DNA of 64,000 bases from Candidatus Gastranaerophilales bacterium. GTDB taxonomy: Bacteria; Cyanobacteriota; Vampirovibrionia; Gastranaerophilales; Gastranaerophilaceae. Under the pieces are notes generated by a model. The model was not told the origin of the DNA. It was given only the letters and a program-made list of their open reading frames with translations, and ran no database searches. Below are positions 1 to 8,113 of this stretch, one piece after another (within the stretch, counting starts at the first letter, position 1; the number at the start of each line of letters is the position of its first letter). The stretch spans positions 189,694 through 253,693 of the forward strand of contig OZ007029.1 in NCBI GenBank assembly GCA_963931575.1. Reading direction: 5' to 3'. The position numbers were made by a program, and so were the translations under genes.

Positions 1-958
1 TTTTTATATTTTCCTGATAAAATGCTTTTTGTAAATCATCTTGTATATCATGGCAAAGTGCTCTAAATGGAGCTACTATTATAGCTAAACTGGTTCTATC
101 AGAAAGAAAAGCACTACGAATAATTAATTCAGTAGCCTTAGTTTTACCTGCACTAGTCGGCATTTGAATTGTTGCAGACTTTCCCTTAAATATTCCATTA
201 TTTCCAATTAAAATTTGCGAAGGCCATAATTCTTTTATACCAATTTTATTTAAAATAGGTTTCCACGTTTCTTTATCAATATCAGTAAATAAAGGCATTC
301 TATACCAGGTAGTATGCAAATATTTCTTTTTTACAACTGCACATAAAATATCAATAAAAAATAATTCTCTATCAGTACCGTTTTTATAAATATATTTTCG
401 TAAATTATCTAAATTCTGAAAAATATTTTCTGAATGTTCTCCATTTGAGCAGAATTGATTCCAAGAAGAAATTATATTATTAATAAATTTGATATATACA
501 CTTTCTTGTATTTCTATTGAAAAATCATTTTTTAGAAAACTCAATAGTAGTAAATCCAATTTATTAACATCCAGATTTAATTCATTCGATATAAGTTTAT
601 TTGAAAGTACTTTTGCACTTCCCATATAATCACATAAATAATAAGCCGCACTTCCCATTATTATGTAATAGTCCCTATTTTCATCCTGTAATTTTGCATT
701 AAAATATGCATCGAAAAATTGTGCTGAAAATACCAAATTTCTCTTAAGCTCTTGTAATGAGATGTTATATTCAATTTCTTTATAAAAATTTGCAGCATAA
801 TCACCTAATAATGCTATTGTAAGGCAAAATAAATCTTTAATTCTTTCTTTATTTATGTGAATACGATTCTCTTCTGGAACATCATATTCATACATTTTTG
901 CTTCAGACCTAGTCATACCTAGTAATTCATTGGAGTTACTTCCAGGTTTAAGCTTCAT
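1..958 (-). CDS. hamB: Hachiman HamB-like helicase, N-terminal 319 codons (gene continues past the left edge)
   Basis: Absent from the ORF track because it runs off the edge. My hand translation from ATG 958 is stop-free to position 1 (MKLKPGSNSNELLGM...KELWPSQILIGNNGIFKGKSATIQMPTSAGKTKATELIIRSAF). It shows helicase motif I (PTSAGKT). The start overlaps the stop region of the DUF1837-like gene by 11 nt. Confidence 0.6.
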   Translation of the reverse strand, partial: MKLKPGSNSNELLGMTRSEAKMYEYDVPEENRIHINKERIKDLFCLTIALLGDYAANFYKEIEYNISLQELKRNLVFSAQFFDAYFNAKLQDENRDYYIIMGSAAYYLCDYMGSAKVLSNKLISNELNLDVNKLDLLLLSFLKNDFSIEIQESVYIKFINNIISSWNQFCSNGEHSENIFQNLDNLRKYIYKNGTDRELFFIDILCAVVKKKYLHTTWYRMPLFTDIDKETWKPILNKIGIKELWPSQILIGNNGIFKGKSATIQMPTSAGKTKATELIIRSAFLSDRTSLAIIVAPFRALCHDIQDDLQKAFYQENIK

Positions 959-1760
959 TGGCAGCCCTCCGATAAAGTTCATTAACTAGATTCATCATTC
1001 TTTCACCCTTAACTACTATTAACATTAGGGAATTAGAAGCTAGATGACTTGAAGTATTAGATGTTCTTATAAGCTCTTCATTATATGTTTCTGTAGAAAA
1101 TAATGCTGCAGCACCATAGAATTTAGTATAAGGTTTATCCGCAGGATTTTGAAAACGTTCAATTCTCTGTTTCTTATCATTGTCATTTTGCTCTATAAAT
1201 CTTTGTTTTATTGCGTTTAAAGATTCTGCTATTCGAATATCATCCTTTCGCGAATCGTCAATCGCTTTTTGCAGACGATTCTCAGTGGTATTTGTATATG
1301 AGGCCTTTGCTTCAATAACTGTCAGAATATCTCTGTTTGTTTCATTTAAATCAAATAATTTAAAACCAATTATATCTGATCCCATAGGAGAAGAATTTCT
1401 ATTAATCTTATTTGAATATCTAGTCCTTGGAACCCAATAACTTAATATAAATTCAAGATAATCCGCAATTAATATCTCACTAAAATCACCGGAACGAACA
1501 CTGGGGCCAGGTGTCATTGTTTGATCAGGAAATTTTAAGTTTAACAAATAATCCTTTTTTGATAAACCAGTTCCTTTTCTTAAATTATCTATTTTATCGT
1601 CAGAACAATAATGATTTCTGAAGTGTTTAGCCCAATCAGACATAGTCTCCTCATCACTACTATCGTAATTAAAAGAAAAGACTTTTATAGGTTTTCCATC
1701 TATAGTGACAAGAGAATCTTCTTCAACTAACCATTCTGTAATTTTTTGAGGCCAGGTCAT
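948..1760 (-). CDS. hamA: Hachiman HamA-like protein (DUF1837-type PD-(D/E)xK effector)
   Basis: 270 aa. GDFSEILIADYLE...GSDIIGFK...VIEAKAS fits a D...ExK nuclease core. The gene lies immediately 5' of, and overlaps, a helicase gene. Confidence 0.55.
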   Translation of the reverse strand: MTWPQKITEWLVEEDSLVTIDGKPIKVFSFNYDSSDEETMSDWAKHFRNHYCSDDKIDNLRKGTGLSKKDYLLNLKFPDQTMTPGPSVRSGDFSEILIADYLEFILSYWVPRTRYSNKINRNSSPMGSDIIGFKLFDLNETNRDILTVIEAKASYTNTTENRLQKAIDDSRKDDIRIAESLNAIKQRFIEQNDNDKKQRIERFQNPADKPYTKFYGAAALFSTETYNEELIRTSNTSSHLASNSLMLIVVKGERMMNLVNELYRRAANEA

Positions 1761-1862
1761 AATAATCCCCTTATATCATCAAATTATACAGCAAACATTG
1801 TAATTTTATTTTAATATTTCAAAATTATAGATTTCTTTCTACTTTTAGAGTAAGATAAACCC

Positions 1863-2666
1863 ATGCAAAAGTATTATGAAAAATGTGATATAATCTTATT
1901 TCAGGGTGATTGTATTGAAATTTTAAATAAGGCAGCACCGGAATCAGTCGATATGATTTTTGCGGATCCGCCTTATATGTTATCTAATGGCGGAATTACA
2001 TGTCATGCCGGAAAAGTTGTTTCTGTGAACAAAGGCAAATGGGATGAGAGTAAAGGTCTTGAAGAAGATTTCAAATTTCATAAGGCTTGGATTAACGCTT
2101 GTAAGAGAGTTTTAAAACCTAACGGAACTATATGGATTTCAGGGACTTATCATTCAATCTATGCTTGCGGTTTTGCTTTACAGACAGCCGGATTTAAAAT
2201 CTTAAATGATATTTGTTGGTTTAAGCCAAATGCATCGCCCAATATGAGTTGCAGGTATTTTACAGCAAGCCATGAAACGCTTTTGTGGGCAAAGAAAGAT
2301 AATAATTCAAAACATACTTTTAACTATGAAGTAATGAAAAATGGAAAATGGAGTGAGGATTTCATAAAAAAGCCTGAGAAACAAATGCGTTCTGTATGGG
2401 CAATAGGAACTCCAAAGCCATCCGAAAAAGTTTTCGGGAAACATCCGACCCAGAAACCTTTAGAATTGTTAAGGCGGATAATCCTTGCATCAACTAACAA
2501 AGACGATTTGATACTTGATCCCTTCACAGGAAGTTCAACAACTGGTATAATGGCAGTAGAGTTAGGAAGAAAGTTTATTGGTATAGACTTGGAACAAGAG
2601 TATTTAGACCTTTCAATCAAAAGATTTGAACAACAATTTTCAAATAAGGAACTAAAATGGCGGTAG
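1863..2666 (+). CDS. beta-class DNA methyltransferase (DpnA / M2.DpnII-like)
   Basis: Motif IV FADPPY is N-terminal and motif I ILDPFTGSSTTG is C-terminal, which is the beta-class order. It overlaps the next methyltransferase by 10 nt. Confidence 0.85.
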   Translation: MQKYYEKCDIILFQGDCIEILNKAAPESVDMIFADPPYMLSNGGITCHAGKVVSVNKGKWDESKGLEEDFKFHKAWINACKRVLKPNGTIWISGTYHSIYACGFALQTAGFKILNDICWFKPNASPNMSCRYFTASHETLLWAKKDNNSKHTFNYEVMKNGKWSEDFIKKPEKQMRSVWAIGTPKPSEKVFGKHPTQKPLELLRRIILASTNKDDLILDPFTGSSTTGIMAVELGRKFIGIDLEQEYLDLSIKRFEQQFSNKELKWR

Positions 2667-3496
2667 TACTTGAGAAGTTAAAAGAAGAAACTTATCCTAT
2701 AGTCAAATGGGTTGGCGGAAAACGCCAGCTTATGTTTGAACTTCTCAAAAATATGCCAAAATCATATAATAGATACTTTGAACCGTTTATAGGTGGAGGG
2801 GCTTTGTTCTTTGAATTGCAGCCGCAAAACGGTTATATCTCTGATATGAACAAGGAGTTAATAACTTTATACACGGTTGTTCGGGATGATGTTTATGAGC
2901 TTATTGATGACCTGAATAAGCATAAGGTTTCAAAAGAGTATTTTCTTAAAATAAGAAATCTTGACAGGACAGAAAAATACAATAGTTTATCAGATGTAAA
3001 GATAGCCAGCCGGTTTATTTATTTGAACAGAACTTGTTTTAACGGAATGTATCGCGTAAATTCTCAGGGACAGTTTAATGTGCCGTTCGGAAACTACAAG
3101 AATCCAAGAATAGTCGATGCTGAGAACTTGATTAATTGTTCTAAATTATTGAAAAATACAGAAATTTATTGTGCAGATTTTTCAGAAATTTTAAACAAAG
3201 TTCAAAAAGGTGATTTTGTTTACTTTGATCCGCCTTATGTACCGCTGAATGAAACATCCAGTTTTACATCCTATACAAAAGACGGTTTTGACCTTGATAT
3301 GCAGTTTAAGCTAAGAGATGTTTGCGATGAACTGGATAATAAAGGTGTAATGTTTATGCTCTCTAACTCGGATACAAAACTTGTAAATGAATTGTACTCA
3401 AATTATGAAATTAAAAAAGTTTTTGCCTCTCGTGCGATAAATGCTAATCCAAATGGCAGAGGAAAAATAACAGAAGTATTGGTTAAAAACTATTAA
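2657..3496 (+). CDS. Dam-family (alpha-class) N6-adenine methyltransferase, probably GATC-specific
   Basis: VKWVGGKRQL N-terminus, motif I FEPFIGGGALFF, then motif IV FDPPYVP. Confidence 0.85.
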   Translation: MAVVLEKLKEETYPIVKWVGGKRQLMFELLKNMPKSYNRYFEPFIGGGALFFELQPQNGYISDMNKELITLYTVVRDDVYELIDDLNKHKVSKEYFLKIRNLDRTEKYNSLSDVKIASRFIYLNRTCFNGMYRVNSQGQFNVPFGNYKNPRIVDAENLINCSKLLKNTEIYCADFSEILNKVQKGDFVYFDPPYVPLNETSSFTSYTKDGFDLDMQFKLRDVCDELDNKGVMFMLSNSDTKLVNELYSNYEIKKVFASRAINANPNGRGKITEVLVKNY

Positions 3497-4110
3497 GCAT
3501 TATCTTTTAAAATTTTCTTTAAGAAGCATGTTCTTGCGTAAAATGCTCTAGTTTTAGGAGCACCATTACCTTGACCTTTAGTACGGGGTTGAATCCATTT
3601 CCCCATTTTACCTGATAATGCATTAAATCCCTTATTTTTTATGCATTCTCGTGTTTCTTCATAGTCAGCTGCAATTTCCGCATATAATTCTTTATCATTG
3701 TCAATATCAAATTTGAAAGCTGAAAGTAATTCCGAACGAGGCTCTGAGGTTGCATACCACATTCTTGTTATAATCAACAAACAATTCAATTTTAATTTTA
3801 GATGACTATGCTCAAAATCATTATTGATAACGTCTTCAGAATTTATCATTGTTATTGCCATAGTTTCTTTAGGAACAATTATGCCTGATTTTAATTTTTT
3901 CATTGATATAGTTTTTAATTCCCAGTCGCCAAAATCAGGTAATTGTAAACAATTTCTAGGTAATCCTAAATGGCATTCTACGACATGCCCAACCCAACCT
4001 TTATTTTTCTTTCCATCTTTAAATAAGGTTACACCACATTCAGCAGCAATTTTAACTAAATCTTTTCCAATTATTTCTTGCAACTTTTTAGTCGCTTCAT
4101 CTCTATTCAT
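3493..4110 (-). CDS. MutH/Sau3AI-family endonuclease (restriction subunit of a GATC R-M system)
   Basis: 205 aa. NKGWVGHVVECHLGL, DFGDWELKTI and RAFYARTCFLKKIL align with MutH blocks as I remember them (KGWVGQLIELWLG, ELKTIP, RGFYLKKNF). It is convergent with the two methyltransferases and overlaps by 4 nt. Confidence 0.7.
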   Translation of the reverse strand: MNRDEATKKLQEIIGKDLVKIAAECGVTLFKDGKKNKGWVGHVVECHLGLPRNCLQLPDFGDWELKTISMKKLKSGIIVPKETMAITMINSEDVINNDFEHSHLKLKLNCLLIITRMWYATSEPRSELLSAFKFDIDNDKELYAEIAADYEETRECIKNKGFNALSGKMGKWIQPRTKGQGNGAPKTRAFYARTCFLKKILKDNA

Positions 4111-4282
4111 AAATTTATTTTATTTCAGACAAAATTAATAAACAATCCTATCAGCATAAAAATCATAAAGCGTTTAAAGATAAAAAAATGTTCAAAAAGT
4201 GTTCAAAAAGCTCTAATGTGATTTTAATAGCAATTTATATATAAATTGTTATTTGTAAATTTAAAGTAGCCTAAAATTGATT

Positions 4283-4705
4283 TTAAATTTGAAATTTTTT
4301 ATATTTTATGAATTCATTCAAATTCTTCTCGTTCTCAGCTTTCATTTCATTTTCCATTTCTTTCAGCATTTCTTCTTCGTAATCCAATCTTTTTTGTGCA
4401 AGCTTTATAAATTCTTCAATCTTGAAATCCTGTTGTTCTTTTTTGACAAGTTCTTCAACTAGATTCAGAAATACATTAAGTCTTGATGTATCTATTTTAT
4501 TGCCGTTTTTAAGTTCAGAGTTAAAATTCGCAAGCATGGTTTTGCAAAATGTATAAATATCATCTTTAGAGACTGTATGTTTATAAAGATATTGATACCT
4601 TTTTTCAGTCCAGTTTCCGTCTTTCTTCCAACGTTTTATAGTGCGTTCATTTACACCTAATCTTTTTGCAATTCCTGCAACGGTTATGAACTGCTCTGTA
4701 TACAT
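4283..4705 (-). CDS. HTH-domain protein (terminase-small-subunit / Mu gp27-like N-terminus) with a coiled-coil tail
   Basis: VAGIAKRLGVNERTIKRWKKDGNW HTH. C-terminus is rich in E and K. Lies downstream of the transposase-like paralogue. Confidence 0.35.
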   Translation of the reverse strand: MYTEQFITVAGIAKRLGVNERTIKRWKKDGNWTEKRYQYLYKHTVSKDDIYTFCKTMLANFNSELKNGNKIDTSRLNVFLNLVEELVKKEQQDFKIEEFIKLAQKRLDYEEEMLKEMENEMKAENEKNLNEFIKYKKFQI

Positions 4706-4735
4706 CTTTTCGGCAATTTCATAGTATTTATTTTT

Positions 4736-6382
4736 TCATAATGAACCTCTAATCCTTTTATTCTGCTGCAGTGCTTCTTGTGCAAGGATTTTATCTGTTT
4801 CAAAAAGGTAAAGTTCTTGTTCCTGCTCATTTTCTTTCTGTAAAAATATTGACAAATCAATATTGGCTGATGCTTTTTGTTCTTTCTTTTTTCTTACGGC
4901 TTTATCCATATTCGTATTTGCAATTTTTGAAATTTTTACATCAGCCTTAAAATCCTTTTCAAGGCTATTATAAGCGGCTTTGTAGTTTTCATATTTTTCT
5001 TGCGGAGAAATTTCCATAGTGTTTTTAATATAAAATTTTATGGTTTTAAAATTGCGTTTTTTAATAGACATAGCCTCTTTAAATTCTTCTTTAGAAACTT
5101 TATCAGCATGCAATGCAGCAACAGAACTTACAGCAGTAGCAGTCCCAATGAATTCATCATTATCACTTTTAAATACCCATGCTTCTTTATAATCTTCTAT
5201 ATCTCTGCGTAAATAGACTTTCATTCCCATCTTTGAAATCATCCAGTCTGCCCAGTAAGTTATTCCAAGAGCAGTATCTTTTATCCCGTTTCTTCTGATA
5301 GTAAAATCTTTTGAAGTTCTCATACAAAATAACTTTAGTGCATCTTTTGAGGTAGTAATTTTTTCTTTGAACTCTGAATAAAAATTACCGTTATCAATGA
5401 TAACGTCTTTCGGAAGTCCGTATTTTTCTGCGGCATAGTAAAAAGACTGGAAAATATGGTCAGAATTAGGATTGCCAGACTGTAAAATCCAACCAAGCCA
5501 TTTACCTGATTTATAATCACGCCATACTGTAACCCAGGGAAATACAACTTTGTTATCAGAATCGAAACAGGCAACATCAATTTGAGCGTGATCTGATACC
5601 CAGACCTCATTACATAAAATATTTGAATAATCTCTTTCTATATATCCGCCATATTTTCTATTCCAAGCAGTTTCTCCCATTCGTGCAAGATAAATACTTT
5701 GTTTTGGAATTTCTTTATCTAATCGGCGTTTAAAAGCCATATAACTTGGAAATGTTTCTCTTTTAGCATCAAACATTCTGATTGCATAACCAAGAGTTAA
5801 ATCCCAACAAGTTCTTATAGATGGTGCTCCTTCAACTAAATACAAATTTTTAAAGTACTCAAAGAAATTATCAGGAACAGTGGAGCCTGATAAATGTTTG
5901 CCGTGTTGCGATAACAAACCGCTTAATCCATAACGAAAGAATCTTCTTCGCATTTTTATAACAGACGAATAAGATGTGTTTAACCACTTTTCATGTTCTA
6001 AATTCCATTTATCTATAAAATCTTTTAAAGCCTCTCCCCTTAATCCTTTTGATGCATTTATTATTGGTAAATACTTTTCAGCCTGTGCTTTTGCCCAATC
6101 AGGAGCTTCTGAATATTTAGTATTTATAACATCTTCTTTAAGATACTTATCTTGTGCAAAATCAGGCAAAGATTTTAAAAGAAGAAAGTAATGAGTTCTT
6201 TTTCCACGTCTGATAATTTTAAAAGTATAGTAACCTCTCCTACATTGCTTTTTAAGAGTTTGGATGCTAAGTCCTAAAATTTCAGCAGATTTTTCTATAT
6301 CTAACCATATATTTGTTTTGTCTTTATTTTCTTTCATAAATATCCTTATTTTAGCGTTATTAAAATCTCTTTTAAAGCCCAC
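4736..6382 (-). CDS. Mu/Tn552-type transposase paralogue lacking the catalytic-E segment (probably inactive)
   Basis: N-terminal HTH; VWVSDHAQIDV (D1); VIIDNGNFY (D2). The sequence then passes directly into the Mu-type C-terminal barrel (FTIRRNGIKDTALGITYW...KVYLRRDIEDYKEAWVF). Hand alignment to the 659-aa transposase suggests roughly 150 aa are missing, including its AKVIERFF block. Confidence 0.5.
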   Translation of the reverse strand: MGFKRDFNNAKIRIFMKENKDKTNIWLDIEKSAEILGLSIQTLKKQCRRGYYTFKIIRRGKRTHYFLLLKSLPDFAQDKYLKEDVINTKYSEAPDWAKAQAEKYLPIINASKGLRGEALKDFIDKWNLEHEKWLNTSYSSVIKMRRRFFRYGLSGLLSQHGKHLSGSTVPDNFFEYFKNLYLVEGAPSIRTCWDLTLGYAIRMFDAKRETFPSYMAFKRRLDKEIPKQSIYLARMGETAWNRKYGGYIERDYSNILCNEVWVSDHAQIDVACFDSDNKVVFPWVTVWRDYKSGKWLGWILQSGNPNSDHIFQSFYYAAEKYGLPKDVIIDNGNFYSEFKEKITTSKDALKLFCMRTSKDFTIRRNGIKDTALGITYWADWMISKMGMKVYLRRDIEDYKEAWVFKSDNDEFIGTATAVSSVAALHADKVSKEEFKEAMSIKKRNFKTIKFYIKNTMEISPQEKYENYKAAYNSLEKDFKADVKISKIANTNMDKAVRKKKEQKASANIDLSIFLQKENEQEQELYLFETDKILAQEALQQNKRIRGSL

Positions 6383-6769
6383 TTAACATTCCGACATAAA
6401 ATTTGTGACAATTTTAAAAGCTAAAATGCAGTAATAATAAGATTTTTTAAAAATGCTATTTTTACAATATTCACCTCAAACACTTTATCTATCTGCTTTA
6501 TAAAAAAGACAAATATTTGTCCTGTTTTTTACGAAGAAATATGAAGTGGTCTTGACGAAACAAGTTTTTGTTATATTTTCGCCATTAAAATAATTATATC
6601 TGCTGTTAAACAAGAATAAATAAGCTCAAAATTATGCTCAGGGAAATTTCCCAATAAGTCTGAAATCTTTAAGCCGGTTAAATCAGGGGTATATTTTGGT
6701 TAATTTTATAATGGGTTAAAATACTGATTTTCTGTTTAAAATCGGGGAAAAATTTATGAAGTTATGTTT

Positions 6770-7435
6770 CTAAAGTTGCACCAAACTCTTTAAATCAAAA
6801 TAAAGCTCTTTAAAGCCTCTTTTTCTCCTCCATAGAGTTTCTGCTATTTTGTAATTCAGGTTATTGGCATTTGTATTATGAGTCAGATTTCTTGACAGGT
6901 AGCAATATATTGTTGTGAACTCAGCTTTTTCCTTAGGTGAGAAAATTCTCTCATTCTCTGTTTTTAAAAGGTTTTCAGATACAAAAATTTCATTAAAATA
7001 GAAATACAAATATACTTCCTTATTGAAAAACTTTCTGTGTCGTGCTTTTTGCGGCTGTTTTAAATAATATGAGTCAAGCTGTCTTTTCTGTCTTTGATAA
7101 ATCAAGGTTCTAAATATTGTATAAAATTTCTGCACCTGATCTTCGCCTATATTTGCAATATTAGATGCCTTTATTGTTTTAATGTCCTCGCAAAAGCTCC
7201 TGATAACAGTATCCGTTACCACGGCAGGATAAAGTTTAAATATAGAATAATTCTGTGTGACAGGGTTTTGTTTGCAATATATGTATTCACTGTTTTTAGT
7301 TATCAATTTGCCTTCCTTAACGAATTCATCCAGTAAAGGCAAAAGGTCGCTTTTCGGAATTTCTGACAATATTTCGAGATTTTCAAGCGAAAATTTGTTT
7401 AGACGTCTGCAAAGCTGTAATATTTTGTCCTTCAT
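6770..7435 (-). CDS. hypothetical protein, third gene of the transposition operon (TniQ position), winged-helix-like N-terminus
   Basis: 221 aa with no motif I recognise. Overlaps the ATPase gene by 53 nt. Confidence 0.3.
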   Translation of the reverse strand: MKDKILQLCRRLNKFSLENLEILSEIPKSDLLPLLDEFVKEGKLITKNSEYIYCKQNPVTQNYSIFKLYPAVVTDTVIRSFCEDIKTIKASNIANIGEDQVQKFYTIFRTLIYQRQKRQLDSYYLKQPQKARHRKFFNKEVYLYFYFNEIFVSENLLKTENERIFSPKEKAEFTTIYCYLSRNLTHNTNANNLNYKIAETLWRRKRGFKELYFDLKSLVQL

Positions 7436-8111
7436 TTAAAATACTCCTTAGATTTTTTTCGTTAAGTTCTTTTAGTTCATTTGTTTTGGCAAGTTTTTCA
7501 ATTTTATTAATCAGTTTTACTATCTGCCTGAACTGATTATGTCTTGTTGCTAGGTACTCCAAGCCGTCATTCATAATCGGGATTTCAGATAGTTCCGATA
7601 GAATTTGCTTAATATCCTGTTTATCATAAGGTTCAAACTTAAATGCTTTATAAATCCTATCTTTCAAATGCGGATATCTTGATAACTTCTTGTCAATATT
7701 TATCATCCCGACCAGTATCATTGGACACCCTGTCCTATCACACAAATCCCTTAAAATCTCAATAACATTATTGTTTACAAGGTAGTCAACCTCATCAATA
7801 ATTAGCGGTTTGGGATTTTGTTTTAACTTCTGTTCAACGAGATTAAACGTATCCTGAATATGCCAGAAAGGTTCTTCCCCTAACTCCTCTACAATTTCTG
7901 ATAATAGCCACCTGCTTGACATTCCCTGGTTTGCTCTTACATATATGCAATCATTTTTAAAAGTCCACCACTTAATTGTTTCCGATTTGCCAAGTCCGTA
8001 TTCACCAAACACCAGAACTATTTTAGGAATATTCGCCGGAAGCTGTTTTACTTCTTCCATCAAGGCAACAAACTTTTTGACATTTTTGGTTCTTACAAAT
8101 ACTTTATTCAT
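7383..8111 (-). CDS. AAA+ transposition ATPase (MuB/TniB/TnsC-like)
   Basis: Walker A VFGEYGLGKSE and Walker B LIIDEVDYL. Begins 2 nt after the transposase stop. Confidence 0.75.
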   Translation of the reverse strand: MNKVFVRTKNVKKFVALMEEVKQLPANIPKIVLVFGEYGLGKSETIKWWTFKNDCIYVRANQGMSSRWLLSEIVEELGEEPFWHIQDTFNLVEQKLKQNPKPLIIDEVDYLVNNNVIEILRDLCDRTGCPMILVGMINIDKKLSRYPHLKDRIYKAFKFEPYDKQDIKQILSELSEIPIMNDGLEYLATRHNQFRQIVKLINKIEKLAKTNELKELNEKNLRSILNEGQNITALQTSKQIFA

Positions 8112-8113
8112 TT

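Noticed and set aside
6383-6769. Left transposon end, CRISPR array or guide RNA in the 388-bp gap between the two transposase modules
   Set aside because: I found only loose GGTTAAA(A)T-like reiterations and weak resemblance to the TAAAATGTC core. There is no inverted copy of the 23-bp or 38-bp repeats and no repeat-spacer structure.
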